64,000 bases of DNA from Candidatus Giovannonibacteria bacterium. Lineage in GTDB: Bacteria; Patescibacteriota; Minisyncoccia; UBA11713; 2-01-FULL-45-33. The DNA is taken from positions 150,281 through 214,280 of the forward strand of contig CP066687.1 of the NCBI GenBank assembly GCA_016432405.1. Reading direction: 5' to 3'. Numbering within the stretch: position 1 is the first letter of the stretch; each line of letters starts with the position of its first letter. The translations under genes and the position numbers were made by a program. Shown here piece by piece: positions 8,523 to 16,865 of the stretch. A model generated the notes under the pieces. It had not been told where the DNA came from. It searched no databases and worked only from the letters and a program-made list of their open reading frames with translations.

Positions 8523-9752
8523 ATGCCGTCTTGGTTTTTGGCAAACGCGATTTTTCCCATAACTTTTTCCCTTTGGGGGATAGAGGCGCGGAGCACCCTG
8601 GATATTTTGGTCGTGGCGGTTTTGCTCTACGCAGTTATTTTTCTTTTCAAAAAAGCCCACTCGCTTTTTTTATTCAACGGCGTCGGCATATTGGTTCTCA
8701 TCTACATCGCCGCGCGTTATTTTGACCTTTATTTAACAAGCTTCCTCTTTAGTTTCTTTTTCGGATTTTTCGTGATTATTTTCGTAGTCGTTTTCCAGCG
8801 CGAACTGCGGCGGCTTTTTGAATGGCTCTCGGCATGGGGACACTTTTCCTATTCGCGGAGGGAGCTTGTTCCGGAAGCCGCGGCAAACCAAGTAATTCAG
8901 GCGGTGGAGCAGCTGGCGAAAACAAAAACAGGGGCCTTAATCGTCTTTCCCGGCAAAGAGCCGATTGACGTCTTAACCGAAGGAGGAATTTTGCTGGGCG
9001 GCCGCGTATCCGTTCCGCTGCTTTTGAGCATTTTTGATGCGTCTTCCCCCGGGCACGACGGCGCGGTGATTATTCAGGGAGACCGCGTCCGCGCGTTTGG
9101 AGTATATTTGCCGCTTGCCCTCAAGGCGGAGAAGTTAAAAAGTTTCGGAACCCGGCACCGGGCCGCCCTCGGGCTCGCGGAGCGAGCGGACGCGTTTGTA
9201 ATCGCGGTTTCCGAAGAAAGAGGAACCGTTTCCATTGCCGAAGACGGGGTTCTTACCACATTAAAAAAGCCGGAAGAGCTATCCATTCGCATGCATGAAT
9301 TTTTGCGGGCCAATTTGCTTGAAACGGACCTCCGCAAAAAATACTGGCATCCCTTCGTCAATTTAAGAGAAAAAATCATCGCCCTCCTGCTGGCCTCTTT
9401 TTTGTGGTATGTGTTTGCAGTTCAGCTGGGAGGCGGGACAATCACCCGCAACTTTGACGTTCCCGTGGAGTTTCGCGCTCTGCCTGCGGGATACGTTATT
9501 CAAGACGTAAATCCGATAGAGGCCAACCTTTCTCTTTCCGGAAAAACGCAGGACTTCAATTTTCTCAACGCCGAGCGCCTCAAAGTCGTCGTGAACGTTT
9601 CGGAGGCGAAAGAAGGAAAACAGCGCTTTACGGTAACCAATGAGAGCATCGTGAACGTCCCCGCCGCGCTTTCGGTGGCAAAGACCTCCCCGAAAACAAT
9701 ACAATTTAACATCAAAAAAATCCCTCAAGAAAAAGCAAAAGCGGGGAATTAA
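8523..9752 (+). CDS. cdaA: Diadenylate cyclase CdaA fused to a CdaR/YbbR-like regulatory domain
   Basis: N-terminal 3 TM + DAC domain (DGAVII, RHRAALG motifs); C-terminal TM plus a single YbbR-like domain. Confidence 0.8.
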   Translation: MPSWFLANAIFPITFSLWGIEARSTLDILVVAVLLYAVIFLFKKAHSLFLFNGVGILVLIYIAARYFDLYLTSFLFSFFFGFFVIIFVVVFQRELRRLFEWLSAWGHFSYSRRELVPEAAANQVIQAVEQLAKTKTGALIVFPGKEPIDVLTEGGILLGGRVSVPLLLSIFDASSPGHDGAVIIQGDRVRAFGVYLPLALKAEKLKSFGTRHRAALGLAERADAFVIAVSEERGTVSIAEDGVLTTLKKPEELSIRMHEFLRANLLETDLRKKYWHPFVNLREKIIALLLASFLWYVFAVQLGGGTITRNFDVPVEFRALPAGYVIQDVNPIEANLSLSGKTQDFNFLNAERLKVVVNVSEAKEGKQRFTVTNESIVNVPAALSVAKTSPKTIQFNIKKIPQEKAKAGN

Positions 9753-9772
9753 AAACGAACCAAATTCATTTT

Positions 9773-9859
9773 CGGAAGCGGGAGGATTCGAACCTCCGAA
9801 GCCCTTTCGGACTTACCGGTTTTCGAGACCGGCGCCTTCAACCGCTCAGCCACGCTTCC
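9773..9859 (-). tRNA. tRNA-Ser (anticodon CGA)
   Basis: Reverse complement GGAAGCGTGGCTGAGCGG…CTCGAAA…long variable arm…GGTTCGAATCCTCCCGCTTCCG. Confidence 0.85.
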
Positions 9860-9878
9860 ATTTAAATTATTTTGCCTG

Positions 9879-9951
9879 TCCGCCCAGTAGGAGTTGAACC
9901 TACAACCTTGTCCTTAAGAGGGACCTGCTCTGCCAATTGAGCTATGGGCGG
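9879..9951 (-). tRNA. tRNA-Lys (anticodon CTT)
   Basis: Reverse complement CCGCCCATAGCTCAATTGGCAGAGC…anticodon loop CTCTTAA…GGTTCAACTCCTACTGGGCGGA. Confidence 0.75.
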
Positions 9952-10014
9952 ATTAATTTTTAGATTATACATTTTTTGCCACAAAAATCAAAATATGGTA
10001 AGCTCTTTTACATA

Positions 10015-10491
10015 ATGAATCAGCTGATTAATTTATTTGATAAACACGGCTTTTATTTTTTTCTCGGGCTTTTGGTTTTGAATCTTGCCGCTTTCGCGTG
10101 GGTGTTTGTGTTGCGCAGGAATTTCAAGAAAATCTTCGGCGGCTCTCCAACTGGCGGATTGGATTTGGAAAAAGTTCTGCTGGATTTAAGAGACCGCCAG
10201 AATTCCGCGGATAGAATTTTTGATGAACTAAAAGGCAGGATAAAGTTTTTGGAAGACGCTTTACCGAAAGACATCCGCAAGGTCGGGCTTGTCAGATACA
10301 ACCCCTTTTCCGACGCGGGCGGCGACCAAAGCTTCGCTTTGGCGCTTTTAAACGACAAAAACGACGGCGTTGTAATTTCTTCTCTTTACGGAAGGGAGAT
10401 GAACAGGATTTACGCCAAGCCGATACAGGGCGGCTCGTCGCAGTATCAATTAACGGAAGAAGAACGGACAGCCATACAAAATGCAAAATAG
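10015..10491 (+). CDS. DUF4446-like membrane-anchored protein (hypothetical)
   Basis: Start at ATG 10015 (ORF track begins at a TTG 9976); N-terminal TM; segment LVRYNPFSDAGGDQSFALALLNDKNDGVVISSLYGRE. Confidence 0.45.
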   Translation: MNQLINLFDKHGFYFFLGLLVLNLAAFAWVFVLRRNFKKIFGGSPTGGLDLEKVLLDLRDRQNSADRIFDELKGRIKFLEDALPKDIRKVGLVRYNPFSDAGGDQSFALALLNDKNDGVVISSLYGREMNRIYAKPIQGGSSQYQLTEEERTAIQNAK

Positions 10492-11908
10492 ACCGCCAAT
10501 TGTAGTCGTGATGGGGCACATTGACCATGGCAAGACAGCGCTTTTGGATTATATAAGAAAGACCAATGTTGTGGCCGTGGAATCCGGAGGCATTACCCAG
10601 CACATAGGCGCTTATGAAGTTGAACACGCCGGCAAAAAACTGACTTTTCTGGATACGCCGGGGCACGAGGCGTTTTCCAAAATGCGCTCGCGTGGGGCAG
10701 TGGTCGCTGACATCGCCATATTGGTTGTGGCGGCGGACGACGGGGTTAAGCCGCAAACGGAGGAGGCGCTGGCCACGATAAAAAGCGCCGGCATTCCTTT
10801 TTTGGCCGCCATAAATAAAATTGACAAGCCAGCGGCGGACCCGGAGCGGGTGAAAAACGAGCTTGCCAAAGAAGAAGTGTTTTTGGAAGGGCGCGGCGGA
10901 AATGTGCCCTTCGTTGAAATTTCGGCAAAGCAGGGCACGGGAGTGGACAAGCTCTTGGAGACCATTTTACTAATGGCCGAGATGGAAAACCTCCCGGCCG
11001 ACACCAAAGCGTTCGCGGGCGGAGTGGTTATTGAATCGCACCGCGACCCGAAGCGCGGCGTGACATCCACTTTGCTCATAAGAGGCGGCACTTTGAAAAA
11101 GGGGGAGTATGTCGCCGCCGGAGGGGCGGTCGCCAAGGCGAGGATTTTGGAGGATTTCAAAGGAGACCCGATAGATTTCGCTGGCCCGTCTTCCCCGGTT
11201 TTGGTTGTCGGCTTTGACAAGCCGCCGCAGGTGGGCGCAGAGTTTAAGGCGTTTTTTTCACAAAAGGAAGCAATTGACGCCGCCCGCACCGCCGGAGAAA
11301 AACCCGCGCCCGGTTTCTTCCCGCCGGGAGGTTTTATAGGTCTTGTCATCAAAGCCGATGTTTCGGGCTCGGCGGAGGCGATTGAACACGAAGCGGCAAA
11401 GCTGAAAGATATAAAAATATTGCGCTCGGAAGCCGGCGAGGTGTCCGAAGACGACATCAAGCTTGCTTCCACCGCCGCGAATTCTTTGATTCTGGCTTTC
11501 AAGGTCGGGCTTTCATCAACCCTTCGCGAGCTTGCTTTGCGGCTGGGCGTGGAGGTGGCGCAGTTTGAAATCATATATGAGCTGGCGGATTTTCTTAAGA
11601 AAAAAACAGAAGCGCTCCTACCCAAAGAAGAAATAAATAAAATCCTAGGGCATGCAAGGGTGCTTAAGATTTTCAAGGCGGACGGAAAAACCCAGATAAT
11701 AGGCGGTAAAGTTCAGGACGGCCTAATTCGCCGCGGAGCGGAATTCAGCGTTTTTCGCCGCGAGAAAAAAATAGGCGAAGGGAAAATCGAAAATCTACAG
11801 GAAGGGCGAGTAAACGCCTCCGAGGTTGAAGCCGGAAAAGAATTCGGGGCGCTTGCGAGCTCAAAGATATCAATAGCCGAGGGAGACATATTGGAAATTT
11901 TAGGATGA
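10481..11908 (+). CDS. infB: Translation initiation factor IF-2 (short form lacking N-terminal extension)
   Basis: G domain GHIDHGKT, DTPGHEAF, NKID; 475 aa; followed by rbfA. Confidence 0.9.
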   Translation: MQNRPPIVVVMGHIDHGKTALLDYIRKTNVVAVESGGITQHIGAYEVEHAGKKLTFLDTPGHEAFSKMRSRGAVVADIAILVVAADDGVKPQTEEALATIKSAGIPFLAAINKIDKPAADPERVKNELAKEEVFLEGRGGNVPFVEISAKQGTGVDKLLETILLMAEMENLPADTKAFAGGVVIESHRDPKRGVTSTLLIRGGTLKKGEYVAAGGAVAKARILEDFKGDPIDFAGPSSPVLVVGFDKPPQVGAEFKAFFSQKEAIDAARTAGEKPAPGFFPPGGFIGLVIKADVSGSAEAIEHEAAKLKDIKILRSEAGEVSEDDIKLASTAANSLILAFKVGLSSTLRELALRLGVEVAQFEIIYELADFLKKKTEALLPKEEINKILGHARVLKIFKADGKTQIIGGKVQDGLIRRGAEFSVFRREKKIGEGKIENLQEGRVNASEVEAGKEFGALASSKISIAEGDILEILG

Positions 11909-12252
11909 TGGCGCACCAAGCGGAAAGATTTTCGTCTTTTTTGAAACGAGAACTCAACGGATTTCTGCAGCGGAACGCTCCGCATGATGAAGGAGTGTTT
12001 ATTTCCGTTGCGAAAATTCACGCGCCCGAAAGGTCGGACAAGGCCGAGATTACCTTATCCGTTTTCCCGGAGAAAGCGGCGAAGGGAACCATTAAGTCCG
12101 TAAAAAAAATGGCTGGGGAGGCGCGCAAATATCTTGCTTCGCGCTCGCGCCGCCGGTTTATACCCAAAATAATTTTTTTGGTAGAAGAAGACGCGGAGAA
12201 AACGACCCGGCTTGAAAAATTGCTGGACGGCATGAAAAGTAAAAGCAACTGA
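11905..12252 (+). CDS. rbfA: Ribosome-binding factor A
   Basis: 115 aa, conserved position downstream of infB; KH-like RbfA pattern. Confidence 0.75.
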   Translation: MMAHQAERFSSFLKRELNGFLQRNAPHDEGVFISVAKIHAPERSDKAEITLSVFPEKAAKGTIKSVKKMAGEARKYLASRSRRRFIPKIIFLVEEDAEKTTRLEKLLDGMKSKSN

Positions 12253-12257
12253 TTTTT

Positions 12258-12328
12258 TGCGGCCAGCGAGAATTGAACTCGCGTCTCGTCCTTGGCAAGG
12301 ACGCATTCTACCACTAAACCATGGCCGC
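12258..12328 (-). tRNA. tRNA-Gly (anticodon GCC)
   Basis: Reverse complement GCGGCCATGGTTTAGTGGTAGAATGCGTCCTTGCCAAGGACG…TTCAATTCTCGCTGGCCGCA. Confidence 0.85.
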
Positions 12329-12351
12329 AGAATTATTATTTATTCTAGCAT

Positions 12352-12433
12352 TGGGCAGGGTGGGATTTGAACCCACAACCCTTGCGGGATACGGTTCTAA
12401 GCCGTACGCGTATACCAGTTCCGCCACCTGCCC
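12352..12433 (-). tRNA. tRNA-Leu (anticodon TAG)
   Basis: Reverse complement GGGCAGGTGGCGGAACTGGTA…CTTAGAA…long variable arm…GGTTCAAATCCCACCCTGCCCA. Confidence 0.85.
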
Positions 12434-12446
12434 AAACAGAGTTCTT

Positions 12447-12519
12447 AGGCGCCGGAGGGAATTGAACCCTCGTATAGCGGTTTTGCAGACCGCCGCGTTA
12501 GCCACTTCGCCACGGCGCC
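12447..12519 (-). tRNA. tRNA-Cys (anticodon GCA)
   Basis: Reverse complement GGCGCCGTGGCGAAGTGGCTAACGCGGCGGTCTGCAAAACCGC…TTCAATTCCCTCCGGCGCCT. Confidence 0.85.
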
Positions 12520-12523
12520 GATT

Positions 12524-12609
12524 TGCCCGGGGTGGGATTTGAACCCACAAGCCCGAAAATGGGCCAAGGATTTTAAGTCCTTTGCGTATACCAGTTCCGC
12601 CACCCGGGC
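12524..12609 (-). tRNA. tRNA-Leu (anticodon TAA)
   Basis: Reverse complement GCCCGGGTGGCGGAACTGGTA…CTTAAAA…long variable arm…GGTTCAAATCCCACCCCGGGCA. Confidence 0.85.
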
Positions 12610-12610
12610 G

Positions 12611-12916
12611 TTAGGTTGAGACCGGCGGATTGAGTCCCTGACAGGACGATGGGGAGGGGATTGGGATGGAAGGACTCGTGCCAAAAATGGTCCTGTAAAT
12701 TGCAAACGTGATTCCCCACATTGCCAGCATCGCAAAGAGCCCGACAATCCCGTAAATAATGTATTTTCGCCCTTCCGCCACCTTTTTTTCATCCCCGCCG
12801 GCAATGACATACTGGATTATTCCCCATGAAAAAACAACCGTGGCCACGATGAAAAGCAAGGCCTCCACCTGCCCCAAGACGACGACAATCCTGCAGATTA
12901 TGGTTGTAATAGTCAT
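12611..12916 (-). CDS. VirB2/T4SS-pilin-like two-TM membrane protein (paralog 1 of 5)
   Basis: TM1-LALLFIVATVVFSWGIIQYV; loop IAGGDEKKVAEGRK; TM2 YIIYGIVGLFAMLAMWGIT. Confidence 0.5.
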   Translation of the reverse strand: MTITTIICRIVVVLGQVEALLFIVATVVFSWGIIQYVIAGGDEKKVAEGRKYIIYGIVGLFAMLAMWGITFAIYRTIFGTSPSIPIPSPSSCQGLNPPVST

Positions 12917-13200
12917 TTAAAAAAGTTTTGTAAAACCGTGATAATGGCTTTGGCCGAGGCCATAACGACAAGGCCCAAAATTCCCCAAGTCATGTGTTTT
13001 TTTCCTCTGGCGCGGGTTTTGAAGCTCATTCCTCCGGATGGGCTTGCTTCCCCGGCGGAAGCCCCGGCGATGAACTCCACCACTCCGAAGAGAAATACCA
13101 CGGCGGCCAAAGCAAAAAGCAAAGTCGTTATAGGGTCAATGAGCGACCTTTGCACGATACCAATAATATCATCTATGGTTTTGGCTTCGGCCCGCGGCAT
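12913..13200 (-). CDS. VirB2/T4SS-pilin-like two-TM membrane protein (paralog 2, divergent)
   Basis: Same TM-loop-TM architecture (…LLFALAAVVFLFGVVEFIAG…HMTWGILGLVVMASAKAII). Confidence 0.45.
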   Translation of the reverse strand: MPRAEAKTIDDIIGIVQRSLIDPITTLLFALAAVVFLFGVVEFIAGASAGEASPSGGMSFKTRARGKKHMTWGILGLVVMASAKAIITVLQNFFK

Positions 13201-13209
13201 CGGCGCTTT

Positions 13210-13566
13210 TTAAATCTGTGGCCGAACGTCGCCCGGACCGCCGGGGATTACCCCGCCTCCGACTCCGAATTGCGCGACAATCGCCCTGACCACTCCCCAG
13301 ATGGCTATCATGACGAAAAGTCCGACAAGCCCGAAGATGATAAATCTGCGGCCATCGGCCAATTTTTCCTCATCCCCGCCGGCGGTAACGTATCTGATAA
13401 CGCCCCAAAGAAAAACAATGGTGGCGACTATCATAAGAATCGGGATGACCCGGTTCAAAACGGATTCAAGCTGTGCCAAGATAGAAGTCACGTTCGCCGC
13501 GTAAGCGAAGAGCGGCAAAGCAAAAGCGGAACTTACTGCGATTTGCGTTAGAGTTTTTTTATTCAT
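13210..13566 (-). CDS. VirB2/T4SS-pilin-like two-TM membrane protein with signal peptide (paralog 3)
   Basis: Signal-like N-terminus; IPILMIVATIVFLWGVIRYVTAGGDEEKLADGRRFIIFGLVGLFVMIAIWGVV. Confidence 0.55.
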   Translation of the reverse strand: MNKKTLTQIAVSSAFALPLFAYAANVTSILAQLESVLNRVIPILMIVATIVFLWGVIRYVTAGGDEEKLADGRRFIIFGLVGLFVMIAIWGVVRAIVAQFGVGGGVIPGGPGDVRPQI

Positions 13567-13632
13567 AGTTTTATTTTAATTTATTTTTTAACTTTTAATG
13601 CTTATTGACTTTTTTTTCGACCTTTTTTAATT

Positions 13633-14016
13633 TTAAAGTTTCTTGGCGAAATCCACTATGGCGCTGGCGATGGCGTAAGCGCCCACCAAAAGCGCCGTTC
13701 CGACAATTGTCCAGTAAAAGGTTGATTTGGCTTTTTTGAGCTGTTCGTCGTTGCCCCTTGCCGATACGAAGAGAAACCCAGACCAGACAAGAAACACGGT
13801 TGCTAAGGGAATACCTATTTTAACCATAAGGTCAGCGAACCCCTTGACCACTGCGCCGAAAGACCCAGCGTTAATCGGGTTTTTAAGCTCATAAAACGGC
13901 TCAACGGCCCTCGCCCGGACTCCTAAATTCACCATAGCATAAACAAGGCCGAAAAGGAAGAACTTAGCGCGGTTTAGCATAGGTTTATTATACATATTTT
14001 TAAGGGAAAACCACAT
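13633..14016 (-). CDS. VirB2/T4SS-pilin-like two-TM membrane protein with signal peptide (paralog 4)
   Basis: IPLATVFLVWSGFLFVSARGNDEQLKKAKSTFYWTIVGTALLVGAYAIASAI. Confidence 0.5.
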   Translation of the reverse strand: MWFSLKNMYNKPMLNRAKFFLFGLVYAMVNLGVRARAVEPFYELKNPINAGSFGAVVKGFADLMVKIGIPLATVFLVWSGFLFVSARGNDEQLKKAKSTFYWTIVGTALLVGAYAIASAIVDFAKKL

Positions 14017-14854
14017 GGATGTGGTTTAGCTGTTTAAGCTGGGCTTCCGTAAACGGAGTGCCCCCGTTGCTTATCAAACAACTGGTTTTGCTTGAACGCA
14101 AATCTCCATTCTGGCTTTCGCATATTGCCTCTCTGGATAAAAAACTTGCTCTGCGGCGCAGCGCGGTAAGCGCCGGGATTTCAACCGCGCCGGAACAAGA
14201 CGGTTTAATGTCAACTACCGGCTTGCCTATGCCATGGGTTTGGTGCAGCGCGCCTTCGCCTTCCGTGCCTCCGCTTATGCAAAATCCTCCGGACGTCGCC
14301 AGCGCTTTAAGCCCCGCGGCCGCGCCCAGCGGCAGGCCTTTAAGGTCTGTGCAGTTCGTGGTTTGGCCCGCCGTGCACGGGCTTTTATTAATTTCTATGC
14401 CGGTATTTTGGAAATACGCCCTTGCCGCTTCTTCTGTTTGGAATGTCCCCGCCGGAGGAGTAATGGGTGGCGGAGGCGCGATTGGAGAAGGAGTCACAAT
14501 CGGCGCAGGGCAGGCGTTAATTGACTCCCAAGACCACGTTAGCTTGCCTTGCCCCAATGTGTTTATTATTGTGTTCACTATAAGCCACGCTCCGAAAGCG
14601 ATGAAAATTCCTATAACGCTGGATGTAAGTATATTTTTGCCTTTTTCAATCTGCGCCGGCTTGCCGGAGCTGGTCAGCCACACAATTCCCCCGATTAAAA
14701 GCGCGAGCGCCAAAATCGGAAGCGCAAGCCCTTTGAGCAGAAAATCAACTATGTTGCCGGCCAAATACCAGAGATAGCACGGGTCGCACGCCGGATAATT
14801 CCCGTATCCGCAAGGAACAAGTCCCGCAATTAAAATTTTATTTTTCGTAATCAT
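14000..14854 (-). CDS. Pilin-like two-TM N-terminal domain + Pro-rich linker + C-terminal peptidase M15 (VanY-like)-like domain (paralog 5)
   Basis: N-terminus LPILALALLIGGIVWLTSSGKPAQIEKGKNILTSSVIGIFIAFGAWLIV; linker PAPIVTPSPIAPPPPITPP; C-terminus …ALHQTHGIGKPVVDI… and …LNHIHVVF resembling SxHxxGxAxD / WHxxV zinc-peptidase motifs. Confidence 0.45.
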   Translation of the reverse strand: MITKNKILIAGLVPCGYGNYPACDPCYLWYLAGNIVDFLLKGLALPILALALLIGGIVWLTSSGKPAQIEKGKNILTSSVIGIFIAFGAWLIVNTIINTLGQGKLTWSWESINACPAPIVTPSPIAPPPPITPPAGTFQTEEAARAYFQNTGIEINKSPCTAGQTTNCTDLKGLPLGAAAGLKALATSGGFCISGGTEGEGALHQTHGIGKPVVDIKPSCSGAVEIPALTALRRRASFLSREAICESQNGDLRSSKTSCLISNGGTPFTEAQLKQLNHIHVVFP

Positions 14855-16140
14855 ATCTCTCCCAACCGGCTTTTGGCTTTTTCCAGGGCGTCGCGCAGGG
14901 TCGTAGAGCGGCCAGTGGCGGCGTCCTCTATTAATTCTCTAAAAATAGCGTCGGTTCTCAAGGGATCGGGGTTTGGCCAGATTTGCAGCGCCAAAACGGA
15001 TTCGGCGAAAGCCGACTTTGCGGACTCTCCCAGATAGTTCGGCAAAATGTCGCGGCGGAGCGACACGTTCGCCGCTTTGTCGGCGTAAGCCGCTGAATTT
15101 TCCTGCTCGCTTAAAAATTTTATAAATTCCCAGGATTGCCTCTGATTCCGCGAGGCCTTGGGCACGGCAAGCGCGAAAATCTCGCCGGCGGTTATGTTTT
15201 TGGGGGCGTCGGCAAGCTGCGGCAGGGGGCTTACTCCGAAAGACAGATGCGGATTTTTGTTTGTTATCTCAACGTACTCCGATATCCGCCCAAGATACAT
15301 CGCCAACTTGCCCGCTATAAAAAACTCCTCCGCCTCCGGCAGGGCGCCTGACCATCCTTGAGCGGTTTTTCTCGGGTTTGCGAAGTCCGTCATAAACCTT
15401 AAGGACGATTCCGCCGGCCGGAGAGTCGTCTGCCCGACGTTTAAGGGATTGTTTAAGACAACCTCGCCGGAATTATTTATTATTTTCTCGCCGGATTGGA
15501 GAAATAAAGCCGTCAGAACCAAGGGAGCGTTTTTGATGTTTGTCCCCCTCCCCAAAGCCGCGCCGGAGATAAGGATATTTCCGGAAGAATCCTTTTTTGT
15601 AAGCTTCGCCGCGTCGTCAAGAAATTCGTCCCAAGTTTTTGGCGGGAGCGTGAGCAGGTTTTTTGAAAAAATGTCTTTGTTCCAGTAAAGCACCGCTGCG
15701 TCGGCGTAAAACGGCGCGCCGAGAACCTCTTTTTTATCTCCCAGAAAAACAGCGCCCGCGTCAACATAGTTCTGCCGGATTTCCCTTTCCGTAAAGAGAA
15801 TCGGAGGGGCGGAGGCGAGCTTGTCTTTGTGTTTTTTAAGATAGCCGGCCGGGAAAACTATAACGTCGGGCGAGTTCCCGCTGGCCAGCGCGTTTAAAAG
15901 GTCGTTTTCAAAATTTTCCGTGGTAACCCTTTTGTAGCGCACTTCAAAATTCGGCCTGCTCTCTGAAAATTTTAAAATAAGGTCGCGCATCAAGGCCTCG
16001 TCGCCGAACCCCCACATAACCAAGTTTGCCGCAGTTCCCTCGTCCATGCGCAGGCCCGGCATTGCGCCGGTAAACACCAGAACGACAACGACCGCCAGTA
16101 TCACCGCCCCGCCGATTATCGCTATCTGCAGTTTATCCAT
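14851..16140 (-). CDS. Membrane-anchored extracellular solute-binding protein (ABC-type, family 1, sugar-like); no permease/ATPase partner adjacent
   Basis: 429 aa, N-terminal TM, SBP_bac_1-like length and composition. Confidence 0.65.
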   Translation of the reverse strand: MDKLQIAIIGGAVILAVVVVLVFTGAMPGLRMDEGTAANLVMWGFGDEALMRDLILKFSESRPNFEVRYKRVTTENFENDLLNALASGNSPDVIVFPAGYLKKHKDKLASAPPILFTEREIRQNYVDAGAVFLGDKKEVLGAPFYADAAVLYWNKDIFSKNLLTLPPKTWDEFLDDAAKLTKKDSSGNILISGAALGRGTNIKNAPLVLTALFLQSGEKIINNSGEVVLNNPLNVGQTTLRPAESSLRFMTDFANPRKTAQGWSGALPEAEEFFIAGKLAMYLGRISEYVEITNKNPHLSFGVSPLPQLADAPKNITAGEIFALAVPKASRNQRQSWEFIKFLSEQENSAAYADKAANVSLRRDILPNYLGESAKSAFAESVLALQIWPNPDPLRTDAIFRELIEDAATGRSTTLRDALEKAKSRLGEI

Positions 16141-16142
16141 TA

Positions 16143-16676
16143 TTATTTATTGAAAATTAAGCCGTAATGGTGCGACCCGGCTGCGAATTCCTTGAAAAAT
16201 TGGAAGCCGGCGCCCTCCATATTTTTTTTGGCCTCCTCGCGGCTGATTCTGTGCTCAAGCGGAGGAACGGCTCCGGAGGCGCTGTCTTCCCATTCCACAA
16301 CCATCGCGCTCCCGCCTTTTTTTAAAATTCTGTATGCCTCTTTTGCCACCGCGTTTTTGTCTTCCGCCTGAAAAAGTATGTTCGCGATAAGGACTTTGTC
16401 CGCGCTTTCGTCGCGCAAGCCGGAGCCCTGCGGGAGCTCCAAATCGGCGCGTTGCGGCTCTATGTTGAAGAGGTGGAAAAGTTTTATTTTGGCGCGCGTG
16501 GCCTCCAGCGCTTCCGGGCGGATATCCAGCGCGTAGACTTTCCCCTGCGGGCCGACTCTTTGCCCCAAGGGCAATGAAAAAAATCCCGCCCCGCAGCCAA
16601 AATCGGCGACTTTGTCGCCCGGGCGGATATCCCAAACCCCCAAAACTTCTTCGGGCTTCATAAACCCATTTGGCAT
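16143..16676 (-). CDS. Class I SAM-dependent methyltransferase
   Basis: Motif I VADFGCGAGFFSL; 177 aa. Confidence 0.8.
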   Translation of the reverse strand: MPNGFMKPEEVLGVWDIRPGDKVADFGCGAGFFSLPLGQRVGPQGKVYALDIRPEALEATRAKIKLFHLFNIEPQRADLELPQGSGLRDESADKVLIANILFQAEDKNAVAKEAYRILKKGGSAMVVEWEDSASGAVPPLEHRISREEAKKNMEGAGFQFFKEFAAGSHHYGLIFNK

Positions 16677-16714
16677 GAGTTTATTTTAACAAAAAAACAA
16701 ACCTTTAAGCATAC

Positions 16715-16742
16715 TTGACAATATTGTAAAAAGGAGTATAAT
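16715..16742 (+). promoter_or_regulatory. Consensus sigma70 promoter TTGACA-N16-TATAAT followed by ~120-nt leader
   Basis: TTGACAatattgtaaaaaggagTATAAT at 16715-16742; ATG of downstream gene at 16866. Confidence 0.6.
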
Positions 16743-16865
16743 TGGACAAGATTAAAGTATTGGCAGTTTCGCATGTGCTTACGCGGACACTTAGCGAAAA
16801 TGCCCCCTACAACCTCGGGCAGAGGGAAGTTCCCCGCAGACAGCGGAGGAAAGGAGGATTTAAAA

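Noticed and set aside
8342-8725. 127-aa plus-strand ORF
   Set aside because: Its 5' third is the reverse complement of tRNA-Ser(TGA) and the rest overlaps the cdaA start region in another frame; artefact
10612-11676. 354-aa minus-strand ORF inside infB
   Set aside because: Antisense of IF-2; Ser/Ala/Pro-rich low-complexity translation typical of antisense frames of GC-moderate genes
14019-14777. 252-aa plus-strand ORF
   Set aside because: Antisense of the pilin-like/M15-like gene 14000-14854; spurious
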